Shown one piece after another: positions 7,912 to 14,829 of a stretch of 24,000 nucleotides of DNA. The translations under genes were made by a program, and so were the position numbers. The notes under the pieces are model-generated. The model was not told the DNA's origin, made no database searches, and worked only from the letters and a program-made list of their open reading frames with translations. Numbering within the stretch: position 1 is the stretch's first letter; each line of letters opens with the position of its first letter. Origin of the DNA: Pseudohongiella sp. (GTDB lineage Bacteria > Pseudomonadota > Gammaproteobacteria > Pseudomonadales > Pseudohongiellaceae); the NCBI RefSeq assembly GCF_040877505.1, contig NZ_JBBDNQ010000046.1, positions 6,432 to 30,431 of the forward strand. Reading direction: 5' to 3'.

Positions 7912-8562
7912 CTACAACACTGAGTCAATTAATGGCGCAACTTTTTCATATGCTGAGCTGACACCTGATGCCACTGCTATTTTTTCCAGTCCGCCCCATA
8001 GTGCGGCGATTATAGCTTTGTTTGGCTTAGTTTTAGCTAGCTGATCTTTGATACTTTCTACGTCAACTGAGTAGTCTAGTTTTTCTTGTTCGTTGAGATC
8101 GCTAGACGTAGCAATAGATTTTTTCAATTCATCTAAATGCGTTCGTAAATCTGCAAAATCAGCATTGACTACATTTCCATCGCCAAGTGTAATTATGTTG
8201 CTGCCTGTAGCTGTGATGTTGATACCAGCGTATCTGTCTTTAGGTTCAAATTGAGAGCCGCCTTCAATCTTGTCGATACCTTTTGCAGTGATTTCATAGA
8301 ACGTTGTTGTCTGTGGGATTGTTCCGCCTTTGACGTTTATGGTTTTTTCTATGTCAATGGTCTTTACCCAGTTGTTGTCAATTAGATAAGTTAGGTTTGA
8401 CATTACTTGAGGCTGTGCCAAACCATGGAGGGCTTTTAATTCACGTTTTGCATCGCTAATTTTTAAAGCAGAACCTTTCTTACCCATTTTGCTTGTCGCA
8501 TTAGCATTCCTATCGTAGAAATATTGGAGAATAGATTTTCTTATTTCATCATTTGGGTTCAT
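7912..8562 (-). CDS. hypothetical protein with a putative N-terminal winged-helix domain
   Basis: 216-aa ORF. The N-terminus IRKSILQYFYDRN...ISDAKRELKALHGLAQPQVMSNLTYLIDNNWV looks like a wHTH. A GSNIITLGDGNVVN motif is followed by a helical C-terminus. The start overlaps the upstream stop (ATGA at 8559..8562). Confidence 0.6.
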   Translation of the reverse strand: MNPNDEIRKSILQYFYDRNANATSKMGKKGSALKISDAKRELKALHGLAQPQVMSNLTYLIDNNWVKTIDIEKTINVKGGTIPQTTTFYEITAKGIDKIEGGSQFEPKDRYAGINITATGSNIITLGDGNVVNADFADLRTHLDELKKSIATSSDLNEQEKLDYSVDVESIKDQLAKTKPNKAIIAALWGGLEKIAVASGVSSAYEKVAPLIDSVL

Positions 8563-8855
8563 TTCAGCAGCTCATCAAATACATCCGGATATCCATAATT
8601 CACTGATCCTCTATTGCCCGGATTGCCAGGATTCCCGGCATTGCCAGGATTACCCGGGTTACCTATATTTCCGTAATTTCCCATATGCTTGTTTAGAACC
8701 ATATCTTTGTGTAATTCGCCGACATAACTTCCCGATAGTTTATGCACGTGTGTACCATTGATCTGGCCAACTGCTTTTCCATGCATATCGTGAATATATT
8801 TACCTCGAATATATCCAACCGCAGTCCCTCGAGAGCTGTAAATGTAATCAGTCAT
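8559..8855 (-). CDS. small repeat protein: three 16-residue G-x-x-V-G beta-hairpin-like repeats plus a (G-N-X)8 tract
   Basis: 98-aa ORF with GAGGA upstream of the ATG. The repeats are RGTAVGYIRGKYIHDM / HGKAVGQINGTHVHKL / SGSYVGELHKDMVLNK. They are followed by GNYGNIGNPGNPGNAGNPGNPGNRG. It is reminiscent of small '4-fold beta-flower'-type proteins (from memory, unverified). Confidence 0.6.
   Translation of the reverse strand: MTDYIYSSRGTAVGYIRGKYIHDMHGKAVGQINGTHVHKLSGSYVGELHKDMVLNKHMGNYGNIGNPGNPGNAGNPGNPGNRGSVNYGYPDVFDELLK
8607..8681 (-). repeat. coding tandem repeat, 25 codons of G-N-X triplets
   Basis: Minus-strand GGA AAT TAC GGA AAT ATA GGT AAC CCG GGT AAT CCT GGC AAT GCC GGG AAT CCT GGC AAT CCG GGC AAT AGA GGA, inside ORF 8559..8855. 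Confidence 0.8.
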
Positions 8856-8947
8856 AGAATCCTCGTGCAGCTAACGCCCTTGTTCTGGCGCGAAAACATG
8901 TTGGTACCGCTTTGTACGTCCCTAGTGAGCGTTCCTACTAGGACAGC

Positions 8948-9253
8948 TTATGGTTTCGGCATACATTTGAAGTGCAACTCCACTCTGGGAAAATTCCCCA
9001 GAATATACGGGGGTTCGGATTCTTCCGTTTCTATAGCTTCGAACACTTTGTCATTCGATTCACAGTACCGAGCGGCCTCACCGATAGCATCAGCTTTCAA
9101 CGTGCCCATACCCGAGAATCCAGAAGCTGCCTGTCGTGAGACCATATACGCATCATTACCAAGTGGCACAATGCCCGAATTCGATGCACAGGAGGTTACT
9201 AGTCCTGCCACAACAGCCAAGCCCATAATTTTCGACATCAACACGTTCTCCAT
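8948..9253 (-). CDS. putative lipoprotein
   Basis: 101-aa ORF. The signal peptide and lipobox are MSKIMGLAVVAGLVTS-C, with a possible true start at 9238. GTTAGCA lies 6 nt upstream of the ATG at 9253. Confidence 0.65.
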   Translation of the reverse strand: MENVLMSKIMGLAVVAGLVTSCASNSGIVPLGNDAYMVSRQAASGFSGMGTLKADAIGEAARYCESNDKVFEAIETEESEPPYILGNFPRVELHFKCMPKP

Positions 9254-9434
9254 TCGTGGTGCTAACAGCTGGAGTTCCTCTCGCCAGAACGCTAAACAAA
9301 TCGCCGATACACAGGCTCATCCCTATAGGAACATCGCCCAGTGTCTTAACATCAATCAAGGGAGAGGCCAAAGCCCAATAAAACCAGAATACTGAACCAC
9401 TTACAACTATCCAACAGGCTAATATAGGGTACAT
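9156..9434 (-). CDS. small hydrophobic ORF at the island edge whose 3' part reads out of frame through the lipoprotein gene (possibly truncated or chimeric)
   Basis: ATG at 9434, 26 nt after the cydB stop. MYPILACWIVVSGSVFWFYWALASPLIDV... is TM-like. After about 9266 the frame overlaps ORF 8948..9253 by 98 nt, with low-complexity, Cys-rich sequence. Confidence 0.3.
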   Translation of the reverse strand: MYPILACWIVVSGSVFWFYWALASPLIDVKTLGDVPIGMSLCIGDLFSVLARGTPAVSTTNGERVDVENYGLGCCGRTSNLLCIEFGHCATW

Positions 9435-9460
9435 TTCACACCACCCGCACAACCCACCCC

Positions 9461-10462
9461 TCAGTCATACTTCAACGCAGTAGCCTTGCCCCGGAATATC
9501 CGGTACACAAAAAACGTGTAGATCAGGATGGTGGGCAGCACCACGGCGGTGCCCCAGAAGGTGAACAGCAGCGAGGCGGTGCTGGCGGCGGATTCCCAGA
9601 TGTCCATCTGGCCGATGATGATGTCGGGCAGGATGCTGTAGGCCAGGCCCAGGGCGGCGAGCAGGCACAGGGCGATGAGGCCGGCGAACAGCAGCCATTC
9701 GGCTTTGCTGCGCAGCACGCGGGTGTCGAACACCAGCCAGATCAGCGCGCCGTAGATCAGGCTGCTGAGGATGGGCACCGGCAGCAGCCACAGGCTGTCG
9801 GGGAAGGAGAACCATTTGTCGGCGATGGTGCTGCTGACCAGCGGGGTGGCGATGGACACCAGCAGCAGGGCCAGGCCCATGGGCAGGATGGAGGTTTTGG
9901 CCCAGCGCAGGGCTTTGTCGAACAGGGCGTGTTCGGTCTTGATCAGCAGCCAGGCGGCGCCCAGCAATATGTACAGGGCGGGCAGGGTGATGGCGATCAG
10001 GCCGGAGAACAGGGTGTTGATCCAGCCGGTGTCCAGGCCGGTGATGTAGGTGCCCAGCATCCAGCCCTGGGCCAGTGATGAGATCAACGAGCCGGCAAAA
10101 AAAAGATTGTTCCACATCTGTTTGCGGTGGGACACGGCCTTGGCGCGGAAGTCGAAGGCAATGCCGCGCAGTATCAGCCCCATCAGCATGACGGTGACCG
10201 GGATATACAGCGTACTGAGGATGATGCCGTGTGCCTGCGGGAAGGCGATCAGCAAAATGCCGATACCCAGCACGATCCAGGTTTCGTTGGCATCCCAGAA
10301 CGGGCCGATGGCGGCGACCATGACGTCTTTTTCGTCCTCATCAGCCAGCGGCAGCAACATGCCAATGCCCAGGTCGTAGCCGTCCAGCACCACATAAATT
10401 AGCAGTGCCAGGCCCATGGCGCCGGCAAAAAACAATGGTAACCAGATTTCCAGTGCCATCAC
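9461..10462 (-). CDS. cydB: cytochrome bd-type ubiquinol oxidase subunit II
   Basis: 333-aa polytopic membrane protein. MALEIWLPLFFAGAMGLALLIYVVLDGYDLGIGML is the typical CydB N-terminus. The track start is GTG at 10462. An ATG at 10459 overlaps the cydA stop (TGATG). Confidence 0.9.
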   Translation of the reverse strand: MMALEIWLPLFFAGAMGLALLIYVVLDGYDLGIGMLLPLADEDEKDVMVAAIGPFWDANETWIVLGIGILLIAFPQAHGIILSTLYIPVTVMLMGLILRGIAFDFRAKAVSHRKQMWNNLFFAGSLISSLAQGWMLGTYITGLDTGWINTLFSGLIAITLPALYILLGAAWLLIKTEHALFDKALRWAKTSILPMGLALLLVSIATPLVSSTIADKWFSFPDSLWLLPVPILSSLIYGALIWLVFDTRVLRSKAEWLLFAGLIALCLLAALGLAYSILPDIIIGQMDIWESAASTASLLFTFWGTAVVLPTILIYTFFVYRIFRGKATALKYD

Positions 10463-11820
10463 AGTGCTCCTTCTGCGGCTTGGTCGGGGTTTTGCAGTCG
10501 GATGGACTGGGTCAGCGACGCGGCCGGTTTGGTGGCCATGTAGCGCAGGGTGGCGATGTAGGACACCAGCACAAACACATACAGTGCCATGTAGGCACTA
10601 AACGTCCCCAGCATCACGCCGGGGCCGTGATCGGCGACCACCTCTTCGGTTCGCATCAGGCCGTTGATAAGCCAGGGCTGGCGGCCGATCTCGGTGACAT
10701 ACCAGCCGGCCAGCACCCCCACCCAGCCGGAAAAGGTCATCCAGGAGGCGGCGTGCAGCAGCCAGGGCCCGGGTTTTTGTTTGCGCCGGAACAGTTGCCA
10801 GCCGGCCCACCAGGCCACGGCGATCATCAGCAGGCCAATGCCCACCATGAGTCGGAAGGCCCAGAACACTGGCGCCACCGGTGGATGTGCACCGGCAAAC
10901 TCGTTCAGGCCGCGCACTTCGCCGTTGGGGTCGTGGGTCAGGATCAGGCTGGCGGCGTAGGGAATCTCCAGCGCAAAGCGGGTGGTGCGGGTGTCTTCAT
11001 CGGGAAAGCCGAACACGGTGAAGGGCACCGCGCGGTGGGTCTCCCACACACCTTCGATGGCAGCGATTTTCGCGGGCTGGTGTTCCAGGGTATTGATGCC
11101 GTGCAGGTCGCCAATCACCACCTGCAGTGGCGCGGCGACCATGGCAATGGCCACGCCGGTTTTGAACACCATCAGCGTGGCTGGCCCGTCGACGCGGCTG
11201 CGCATGCGCCAGGCGCTGATGCCGATGACCAGGAAGGCGGCAGTGAGCAGGCAGGCGGTCAGCATGTGTGCCAACCGGTACGGGAAAGATGGGTTAAAGA
11301 TGATTTCCAGCCAGCTGCCGACCTGGAACACCCCGTTCTCCAGTACATAACCCTGGGGTGTCTGCATCCAGGAGTTCAGGCTCAGGATCCAGAACGCGGA
11401 CAGGGTGGTGCCAAAGGCCACCAGACCGCAGGCGATCAGGTGCATGCGGTTGGAGACGCGCTGTTTGCCGAACAGCATCACGCCCAGAAAGGTGGCTTCC
11501 AGGAAAAACGCGGTCAGCACTTCGTAGCCTAACAAGGGGCCGGCGATGTTGCCGGCGCGGTCCATGAAGCCGGGCCAGTTGGTGCCAAACTGGAAACTCA
11601 TGGTGATGCCGGAAACCACCCCGATGGCAAACGACAGCGCAAATATTTTTACCCAGAACTGGTAGGCGTACTCCCAGTTCTGGTTGCCGGTGAGTGTGTA
11701 GCGCAGGCGGAAGAAAAACAGGATCCAGCCCAGGCCGATGGTGATGGCGGGGAACAGGATGTGAAAACTGATGTTGGCAGCAAACTGCGCGCGGGCCAGG
11801 ACAAACGGGTCGAAATCCAT
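10459..11820 (-). CDS. cydA: cytochrome bd-type ubiquinol oxidase subunit I (short form, CIO-like length)
   Basis: 453-aa ORF. MDFDPFVLARAQFAANISFHILFPAITIGLGW is the canonical CydA N-terminus, and the GWYVTEIGRQPW motif is present. It is coupled to cydB. Confidence 0.9.
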   Translation of the reverse strand: MDFDPFVLARAQFAANISFHILFPAITIGLGWILFFFRLRYTLTGNQNWEYAYQFWVKIFALSFAIGVVSGITMSFQFGTNWPGFMDRAGNIAGPLLGYEVLTAFFLEATFLGVMLFGKQRVSNRMHLIACGLVAFGTTLSAFWILSLNSWMQTPQGYVLENGVFQVGSWLEIIFNPSFPYRLAHMLTACLLTAAFLVIGISAWRMRSRVDGPATLMVFKTGVAIAMVAAPLQVVIGDLHGINTLEHQPAKIAAIEGVWETHRAVPFTVFGFPDEDTRTTRFALEIPYAASLILTHDPNGEVRGLNEFAGAHPPVAPVFWAFRLMVGIGLLMIAVAWWAGWQLFRRKQKPGPWLLHAASWMTFSGWVGVLAGWYVTEIGRQPWLINGLMRTEEVVADHGPGVMLGTFSAYMALYVFVLVSYIATLRYMATKPAASLTQSIRLQNPDQAAEGAL

Positions 11821-11933
11821 CGTTGTCTCCGTATCGGGTTTGGCACGGTGCGTAGTGTGCCATGTTTTTCGGCTTGATAGTATGATACGAGATCAGCGGT
11901 TGTTGCCGGGCAAGCAAAACAGGGACAGGACTC

Positions 11934-13184
11934 ATGTCGATCGCGAACGAGCTGGATGCCATTTATCAACACCATTCCCGTCGCATACTGGCGACGCTGA
12001 TCCGATTGCTGGGCGATTTTGAACTGGCGGAAGAGGCCATGCACGAGGCGTTTGCACTGGCCCTGCAGCAGTGGTCGCAGGACGGGGTGCCGGCCAATCC
12101 TACCGCCTGGCTGGTCAGCACCGGTCGCTTTCGGGCCATCGACCAGATCCGTCGTAATCAGACCGCACGACGTTATGCGCCGCTGTTGGCGGAGGATGAA
12201 GAGGAAGAACCCGAGTTCGACGACCCCGCCATCGCCGATGATCGGCTGCGGCTGATCTTCACTTGCTGCCACCCCGCATTGTCGGTGGAGGCACAACTGG
12301 CCATGACCCTGCGTGAAATGTGTGGTCTCACTACCGAGCAGGTGGCGCGCGGTTTATTGCAGCAGCCGACCACGGTGGCGCAGCGCATTGTGCGTGCCAA
12401 ACGCAAGATCCGGGAGGCGGCGATTCCGTATGAAGTGTCCGCCGCCGATGCACTGCCCGCGCGCCTGACGGCGGTGCTGCAGGTCATTTACCTGATGTAC
12501 AACGAGGCCTATTCCAGCAGCCAGGGGGATGTAATTGTTAACGCCGACCTGGCGGTGGAGGCCATTCGTCTCGCGCGGCTGCTGGCTGAGTTGATGCCGG
12601 ACACGGCACACAGCGCGGACATCACTGGTTTGCTGGCGTTATTGCTGCTGCAGGATTCGCGCAAGGCCGCGCGGCAGGATGACGCCGGTCGCCTGATCAC
12701 GCTGGATGAACAGGATCGTGGACGCTGGGATCAGGCGCAGATCGCCGAAGGTGTGCAGTGTCTGCACCGGGCGCTGCGGCAGGGGCCAGCGGGTATTTAT
12801 ACGCTGCAGGCTGCCATTGCCGCCTTGCACGCACAGGCGGCGCGATACCAGGACACCGACTGGCCGCAAATAGTGGGTCTGTATGACGCGCTGTACCGTT
12901 TGTCGCCATCGCCGGTGATTGCCCTGAATCGCGCGGTGGCCGTGGCCATGTGCGAAGGCCCGGAGACTGGTTTGCAACTGGTGGATGAACTGGCCACCGC
13001 GGGCAAGCTGGAGCGTTATCATCTGTTGCATGCGGCGCGCGCGGATTTTTATCGCCGCCTGGGCCACACTGATGCGGCCCGTGATGCCTATGAAAAAGCC
13101 CTGGCGCTGACCGAACAGGCACCGGAACGCGCGTTTTTGCAGGCCCGTCTGGCGGCGCTGACGGACACCACAAAAAAAATCTGA
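11934..13184 (+). CDS. ECF sigma factor with a long C-terminal TPR-like extension (ECF42-type)
   Basis: 416-aa ORF. The N-terminal sigma-2/sigma-4 regions include ILATLIRLLGDFELAEEAMHEAF and LTTEQVARGLLQQPTTVAQRIVRAKRKI. A helical extension of about 230 aa follows. DGPF/YCII genes lie immediately downstream, the context I recall for ECF42. Confidence 0.85.
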   Translation: MSIANELDAIYQHHSRRILATLIRLLGDFELAEEAMHEAFALALQQWSQDGVPANPTAWLVSTGRFRAIDQIRRNQTARRYAPLLAEDEEEEPEFDDPAIADDRLRLIFTCCHPALSVEAQLAMTLREMCGLTTEQVARGLLQQPTTVAQRIVRAKRKIREAAIPYEVSAADALPARLTAVLQVIYLMYNEAYSSSQGDVIVNADLAVEAIRLARLLAELMPDTAHSADITGLLALLLLQDSRKAARQDDAGRLITLDEQDRGRWDQAQIAEGVQCLHRALRQGPAGIYTLQAAIAALHAQAARYQDTDWPQIVGLYDALYRLSPSPVIALNRAVAVAMCEGPETGLQLVDELATAGKLERYHLLHAARADFYRRLGHTDAARDAYEKALALTEQAPERAFLQARLAALTDTTKKI

Positions 13185-13256
13185 TCTCTTTGTCGATTGC
13201 TACCGGGCCGATGCGACTACTGCGTACGACGGAAACCAAAAGGGAGCAACAACACA

Positions 13257-14087
13257 ATGAAAGTCATGATAATGCGCAAAGCCGATACGGACACTGAAAA
13301 GGGCGTGATGCCGTCCGATGACATGCTGCAGGCGATGGCCGACTACAACGAAGAAATGCTCAACGCCGGTGTGATGATTGATGGCACCGGCCTGAAACCC
13401 ACCTCAACCGGCGTGCGGGTGCAGTTCAAAAGCGGTGAGCCCATGGTCATCGACGGGCCCTTTGCCGAAACCAAGGAACTGCTGGCCGGGTTTACCATGA
13501 TCAATGTCACGTCGATGGATGAGGCGATTGCATGGGCAAAAAAATGGCCACGCATGGACAGCGACGGCAATGTGACGCTGGAATTGCGCATCCTGTATGA
13601 AATGGAAGATTTTATTGACGGCGAAGGCATCGAAAAACACAAACGCTCTGCAGCACGATTGGCACGGCAGCCGACCAGCATGTCAACGCATCTGTCATTT
13701 AACGGCAATTGTCGCGAGGCGATGAGCTTTTACGCCGACGTGTTGTCGGGTGAGGTCACCTTCATGCTGCCGTATGCCGACACGCCCATGAAAGATGAGA
13801 CTGACGCTGACTGGCAGGACAAGATCATTCACGCCGAGATCAACCTGGGCGGCCGTGTGCTGATGGGCGCTGATGCCCCGCCAGCGATGTACGAAAAACC
13901 CACCGGCACCTCGGTGCAGTTGTACTATGACGATGTAGCCATTGCTAAAGAGGTGTTTGATGCGTTGCTGGCAGGCGGCTCGGCTTATATGCCGTTTGCC
14001 GAAACGTTCTGGGCCAAAGGCTTTGGCATGCTGACGGACAAATACGGCATTCACTGGATGATCAACGCGGGCAGCCCCGACGCATGA
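13257..14087 (+). CDS. YCII/DGPF-domain protein fused to a PhnB-like VOC (3-demethylubiquinone-9 3-methyltransferase-like) domain
   Basis: ATG at 13257 with AAGGGAG upstream; the track ORF starts earlier at 13197. The N-terminal half carries DGPFAETKELLAGF. The C-terminal half STHLSFNGNCREAMSFYADVL...AETFWAKGFGMLTDKYGIHWMIN is PhnB/VOC-like. Confidence 0.8.
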   Translation: MKVMIMRKADTDTEKGVMPSDDMLQAMADYNEEMLNAGVMIDGTGLKPTSTGVRVQFKSGEPMVIDGPFAETKELLAGFTMINVTSMDEAIAWAKKWPRMDSDGNVTLELRILYEMEDFIDGEGIEKHKRSAARLARQPTSMSTHLSFNGNCREAMSFYADVLSGEVTFMLPYADTPMKDETDADWQDKIIHAEINLGGRVLMGADAPPAMYEKPTGTSVQLYYDDVAIAKEVFDALLAGGSAYMPFAETFWAKGFGMLTDKYGIHWMINAGSPDA

Positions 14088-14112
14088 CTGGTAAATTTCA
14101 AGGAGCAATAAA

Positions 14113-14472
14113 ATGAAATACCTGGCACTGGTTTATTATCAGGAAAGCATCATCAATGCCATGAGCGAGCAGGAATGGCAGGATCTGAATCAGGAATGTA
14201 TCCGCTGTGTGGAAAAACTCAGCGGCACCGGCAATTATATTATCGGCCAGGCGCTGCACCCGGTGGAGACAGCAACCACCTTGCGCGTGCGTGATGGTGA
14301 GACCTTGGTGTCCGATGGTCCCTTTGCGGAAACCAAGGAACAGCTGGCAGGTTTTTATCTGCTCGATGCACGTGACCTGAACGAGGCCATTCAGCTGGCA
14401 AGCAACATTCCACCGGCGCGGCTGGGCAGTGTTGAGCTGCGCCCGATCCGTGAGCTGCCGCCGAAGAAGTGA
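14113..14472 (+). CDS. YCII-related (DGPF) domain protein
   Basis: 119-aa ORF with the DGPFAETKEQLAGFYLL motif. AAGGAG lies upstream of the ATG. Confidence 0.85.
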   Translation: MKYLALVYYQESIINAMSEQEWQDLNQECIRCVEKLSGTGNYIIGQALHPVETATTLRVRDGETLVSDGPFAETKEQLAGFYLLDARDLNEAIQLASNIPPARLGSVELRPIRELPPKK

Positions 14473-14475
14473 GGC

Positions 14476-14592
14476 TGGCGTAGTGAGACTCGTCGGCTTC
14501 TTGCGTCGTTCATTAAAGTATGTACAGTGTACATACTAATTGCCTCAGCCAGAGCAGCTGATAAAGATGAACAGGACGCTTACGGGAGCTAG
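14476..14592 (+). pseudogene. possible 5'-truncated brnT (DUF497 toxin) remnant
   Basis: There is no start codon. The last 17 codons (14539..14589) read IASARAADKDEQDAYGS, then TAG at 14590..14592, 5 nt before the brnA ATG. This resembles the conserved (I/V)ISxRxAxxxExxxY tail of BrnT, and the toxin-first gene order fits brnTA. Confidence 0.3.
14517..14537. promoter_or_regulatory. perfect 21-bp palindrome upstream of brnA (candidate operator or junction)
   Basis: AGTATGTACA-G-TGTACATACT: 10-bp arms with a 1-nt centre, 61 nt upstream of the brnA start. Confidence 0.4.
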
Positions 14593-14597
14593 CGAAA

Positions 14598-14813
14598 ATG
14601 AGAGAACACTACGATTTTTCAAAAATGAAGGGCAAGAAAAACCCTTACATCAAATACCTAAAGCAACCAGTCACCATGCGGCTGGATAAAGATTCTGTTG
14701 AATACTTCAAAGCCCTGTCTGAAGAATCCGGGATTCCCTACCAAACTCTCATAAACCTGTATTTGAGAGACTGTGCCGTCAATGAAAAGAAGCTGGAATT
14801 GTCCTGGGATTAA
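14598..14813 (+). CDS. brnA: BrnA-family antitoxin (ribbon-helix-helix)
   Basis: 71-aa ORF. The pattern YDFSKMKGKKNPY...VTMRLDKDSVEYFKALSEESGIPYQTLINLYLRDCA is the BrnA/CopG-type pattern. It is AT-rich relative to its neighbours. Confidence 0.75.
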   Translation: MREHYDFSKMKGKKNPYIKYLKQPVTMRLDKDSVEYFKALSEESGIPYQTLINLYLRDCAVNEKKLELSWD

Positions 14814-14829
14814 AAATTCATAACAAGGC

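Larger units (their letters stand above)
361..9434 (-). mobile_element. AT-rich accessory island; putative integrase-less gene-cassette array (CALIN-like)
   Basis: Composition changes abruptly at both ends (by eye). All credible ORFs are co-oriented on the minus strand. ORFs are short and mostly orphan, separated by 56-320 nt structured spacers. Boundary motifs are listed in the findings. No integrase, transposase or terminal inverted repeats were seen. Confidence 0.55.

Noticed and set aside
8607-8681. Short tandem nucleotide repeat considered as a CRISPR or VNTR element
   Set aside because: It lies in frame inside ORF 8559..8855 and encodes G-N-X triplets. There is no spacer/repeat alternation, so it is a coding repeat and not a CRISPR array.
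8742-9395. 217-aa plus-strand ORF across the island's right end (also 2331..2657, 5896..6201, 7419..7643)
   Set aside because: It is antisense to several better-supported minus-strand ORFs and crosses their intergenic spacers. Composition is Ser/Ile-rich and low-complexity, with no RBS.
9254-9434. The small hydrophobic ORF after cydB as a CydX/CydS-type oxidase subunit
   Set aside because: Its position is tempting, but its composition and codon usage are island-like (AT-rich). It lacks the short roughly 30-40-aa stop-delimited form and instead reads on through the next gene.
10405-11532. 375-aa plus-strand ORF, with other long ORFs 9465..10115, 10050..10379, 11294..11962 and 11649..12296
   Set aside because: They lie antisense or out of frame within cydA, cydB or the sigma-factor gene. 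Their G/P/R/H-rich low-complexity translations are typical of spurious frames in GC-rich DNA. The cydAB and sigma-factor frames carry clear family motifs.
12697-13257. 186-aa minus-strand ORF and nested ORFs 12173..12487, 12354..12611, 12639..13067, 16201..16797, 18319..19119 and 22010..22297
   Set aside because: All are antisense to motif-bearing genes (sigma factor, MFS, ABC ATPase, OMF). Their Arg/Pro/Ala-rich translations are characteristic of GC-rich antisense frames.
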